A stretch of DNA of 63,908 nucleotides, counting the filler, from Chiloscyllium plagiosum (lineage: Eukaryota), in NCBI RefSeq assembly GCF_004010195.1. It is 6 parts of one record of this genome, joined end to end, with 100 filler letters (N's around TTAATTAATTAA, not from the genome) between each part and the next. Parts side by side here need not be neighbours in the genome. Positions count along the whole stretch, not along the records: positions 60,750 to 63,908 come from NC_057710.1; 5 more parts are not named here. One strand, given 5' to 3'. The notes beneath the pieces were generated by a model. The model was not told the origin of the DNA and made no database searches. It worked only from the letters and a program-made list of their open reading frames with translations. Below, in pieces: positions 62,203-63,908 of this stretch. Both the position numbers and the translations under genes were made by a program. Numbering within the stretch: the first letter of the stretch is position 1; each line of letters opens with the position of its first letter.

Positions 62203-63908
62203 GGGGGGGGATCTAAGATGGCGGCGATCTGAGAAGATCACACTGCAGAGCTTTGCATCGCAGCAGGAGCAGGACGGTCCTTTAACCCACCCAACCCAGG
62301 TCATCAGAATTTCTTTGGGGTGTTGGAAAGATTGTGGAGCCCCAAGAAACATTTAAAAATTGACTTACCTGTATTTTCAGCTGTCCAGAAATGCCTAAAA
62401 AGGGAGGAGGAGCATCTGAGGCCGGGCCTGCAGCTCAGCCTGCAGCAGTCTCAGAGCAGATTACTCTCCAGGACCTGGTGAACCAGCTCTCGAAATCTCG
62501 CGAGATGTTGGAGAAACAGATTGAAGAGAAGCTGGCTCCAGTCTCTCTCATGCTACAGAAGCATGAGCAGCAGCTGGGAGACGTGGAAAAGAGGACGGAT
62601 GAGGGAGCACAGGGTCACAGTGATGGAAGTTGATGCCAATTCATTCAAGGAAAAGATCCAAGCCCTGAAGACGCAGCTTCGTAATTTGCGTGACCAAGTG
62701 GATGATCTTGAAAACAGGGGCAGGAGAAAAAAACATGTGGATCATTGGTCTGCCTGAGGGTAAGGAAGGTGAGCGGCCTGTGGAATTTGTTGAAGATTGG
62801 CTTCCGAAATTCCTTGAGTCGGAGACTGGCATGAGACGATTGAAGATAGAGAGGGCTCACCGGGTCGCAGCACGGAGGTCGGGTCTGGGTCAAAGCTCTC
62901 ATCCTTTCCTGGTGCGGTTCCATCATTACCGGGATAAAGAGAGAGTCATGGAGGCTTCCAGGCTCCAGGGGAAGGATCCAAAGGCCCTAATTTACGAGGG
63001 GTCTAAGATCATGTTTGTTCAGGACTTTTTAGTGGTGGTGATCCAGAAACGAAAATCGTATGATGGTGTCAAGAGAAGATTGAAGGAGCTTGGGATTCAG
63101 TACTCCCTGAGATATCCGGCAGTGCTTCGGATCACCTTAGATGGATCCATGCATCTCTTTGACACATCGGAGACGGCAAGAGACTTTGTGGACAAACTAA
63201 CCTAAGTTAAACAATTGTAGTATGTATAAATATCGTTGCTTGGGTATGCGTTTATTATTCTGTAAAAGAAATGGAGGAAATCCGGTTGGAGCTTGGTTTT
63301 TCCCCCTTTTTCTCCCTCTATTGATGATAATTTGGTTCAAACTATGTCTGGTGGTGGTTAAGATGTAAATTTTAAATTTCTAAGTTAGGAATTACCAAAG
63401 GATGGGTGGGGTATTTATTCCCCTTTTTATAATAAAATAATGTTTTTTATATTCATATTGATATTCTATGGGGTGTTTATTCTTTTTAGCTTGTGCTTGC
63501 GATGCAGCTCTAGCTGAGAGAAGTGAAGGTGGTTGAGATGGTTAGATGCCTAATTATGGGCAGTTCGGGATGGGTAGTTGCCCCCTCCGGGCAGGGAGTG
63601 AGTTCCCCTACTCAGCACTATTGGCGCTTTATATGTTGGTTTGTTTTCTGGTTTTTGTTGTTTTGTATTTTTAATAATTTTGTATGTTTGTTAAATGTTG
63701 TGGTTTTAGTTCATGTGGTTTTTATATTTGGTGGATCATGTGACACTAAGGCTCAGCAATTTGTGGTTCGGGTTCCTCCTCTCTGGAATTTAAATGTAAT
63801 TGCAGAAGATTATGGCTAATGATTTGATTAAATGGTGTACCTGGAATATCAAGGGAAGTCACTCACCAATTAAGAGGAAGAAAGTACTCTTGAGCCTTAG
63901 AAAGGAGA
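62203..63908 (+). mobile_element. L1-clade LINE 5' part: 5'UTR, frameshifted ORF1 (62391-63205), ORF2 start at 63812
   Basis: 5' GGGGGGGATCTAAGATGGCGGCG; DDLENRGR, IIGLPEG and IERAHR ORF1 motifs; MANDLIKWCTWNIKG endonuclease start. Confidence 0.9.

Noticed and set aside
1..63908. CRISPR arrays, rRNA genes, operons or viral genes
   Set aside because: None seen; the sequence is eukaryotic intronic and intergenic DNA.

Overview
Vertebrate genomic DNA, almost certainly from a shark (HE1-type V-SINEs, Deu-type SINEs, abundant CR1, Penelope, L2, L1 and a Gypsy remnant). Most of the window is decayed retroelement sequence, and nearly all long ORFs in the track are retroelement fragments. Host genes: (i) the terminal coding exon and 3'UTR of RMND5A on the minus strand (34906-34969, ...[20 protein letters not shown]); (ii) five consecutive internal exons (equivalent to exons 2-6) of POLR1A on the plus strand (38711-56401), all with canonical AG/GT sites and compatible phases. 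Both genes lack their 5' parts, which point into an artificial 100-nt scaffold linker (N44-TTAATTAATTAA-N44, 36388-36487), so their adjacency is not proven. The most notable non-genic pattern is a dense set of Penelope 3'-terminus copies carrying minimal hammerhead-ribozyme cores. Several form ~200-bp fold-back insertions, three with 14-17 bp target-site duplications, and one 210-bp palindrome sits in the putative RMND5A 3'UTR. I see no evidence of a novel protein-coding system. Repeat boundaries are approximate because they were read by eye.
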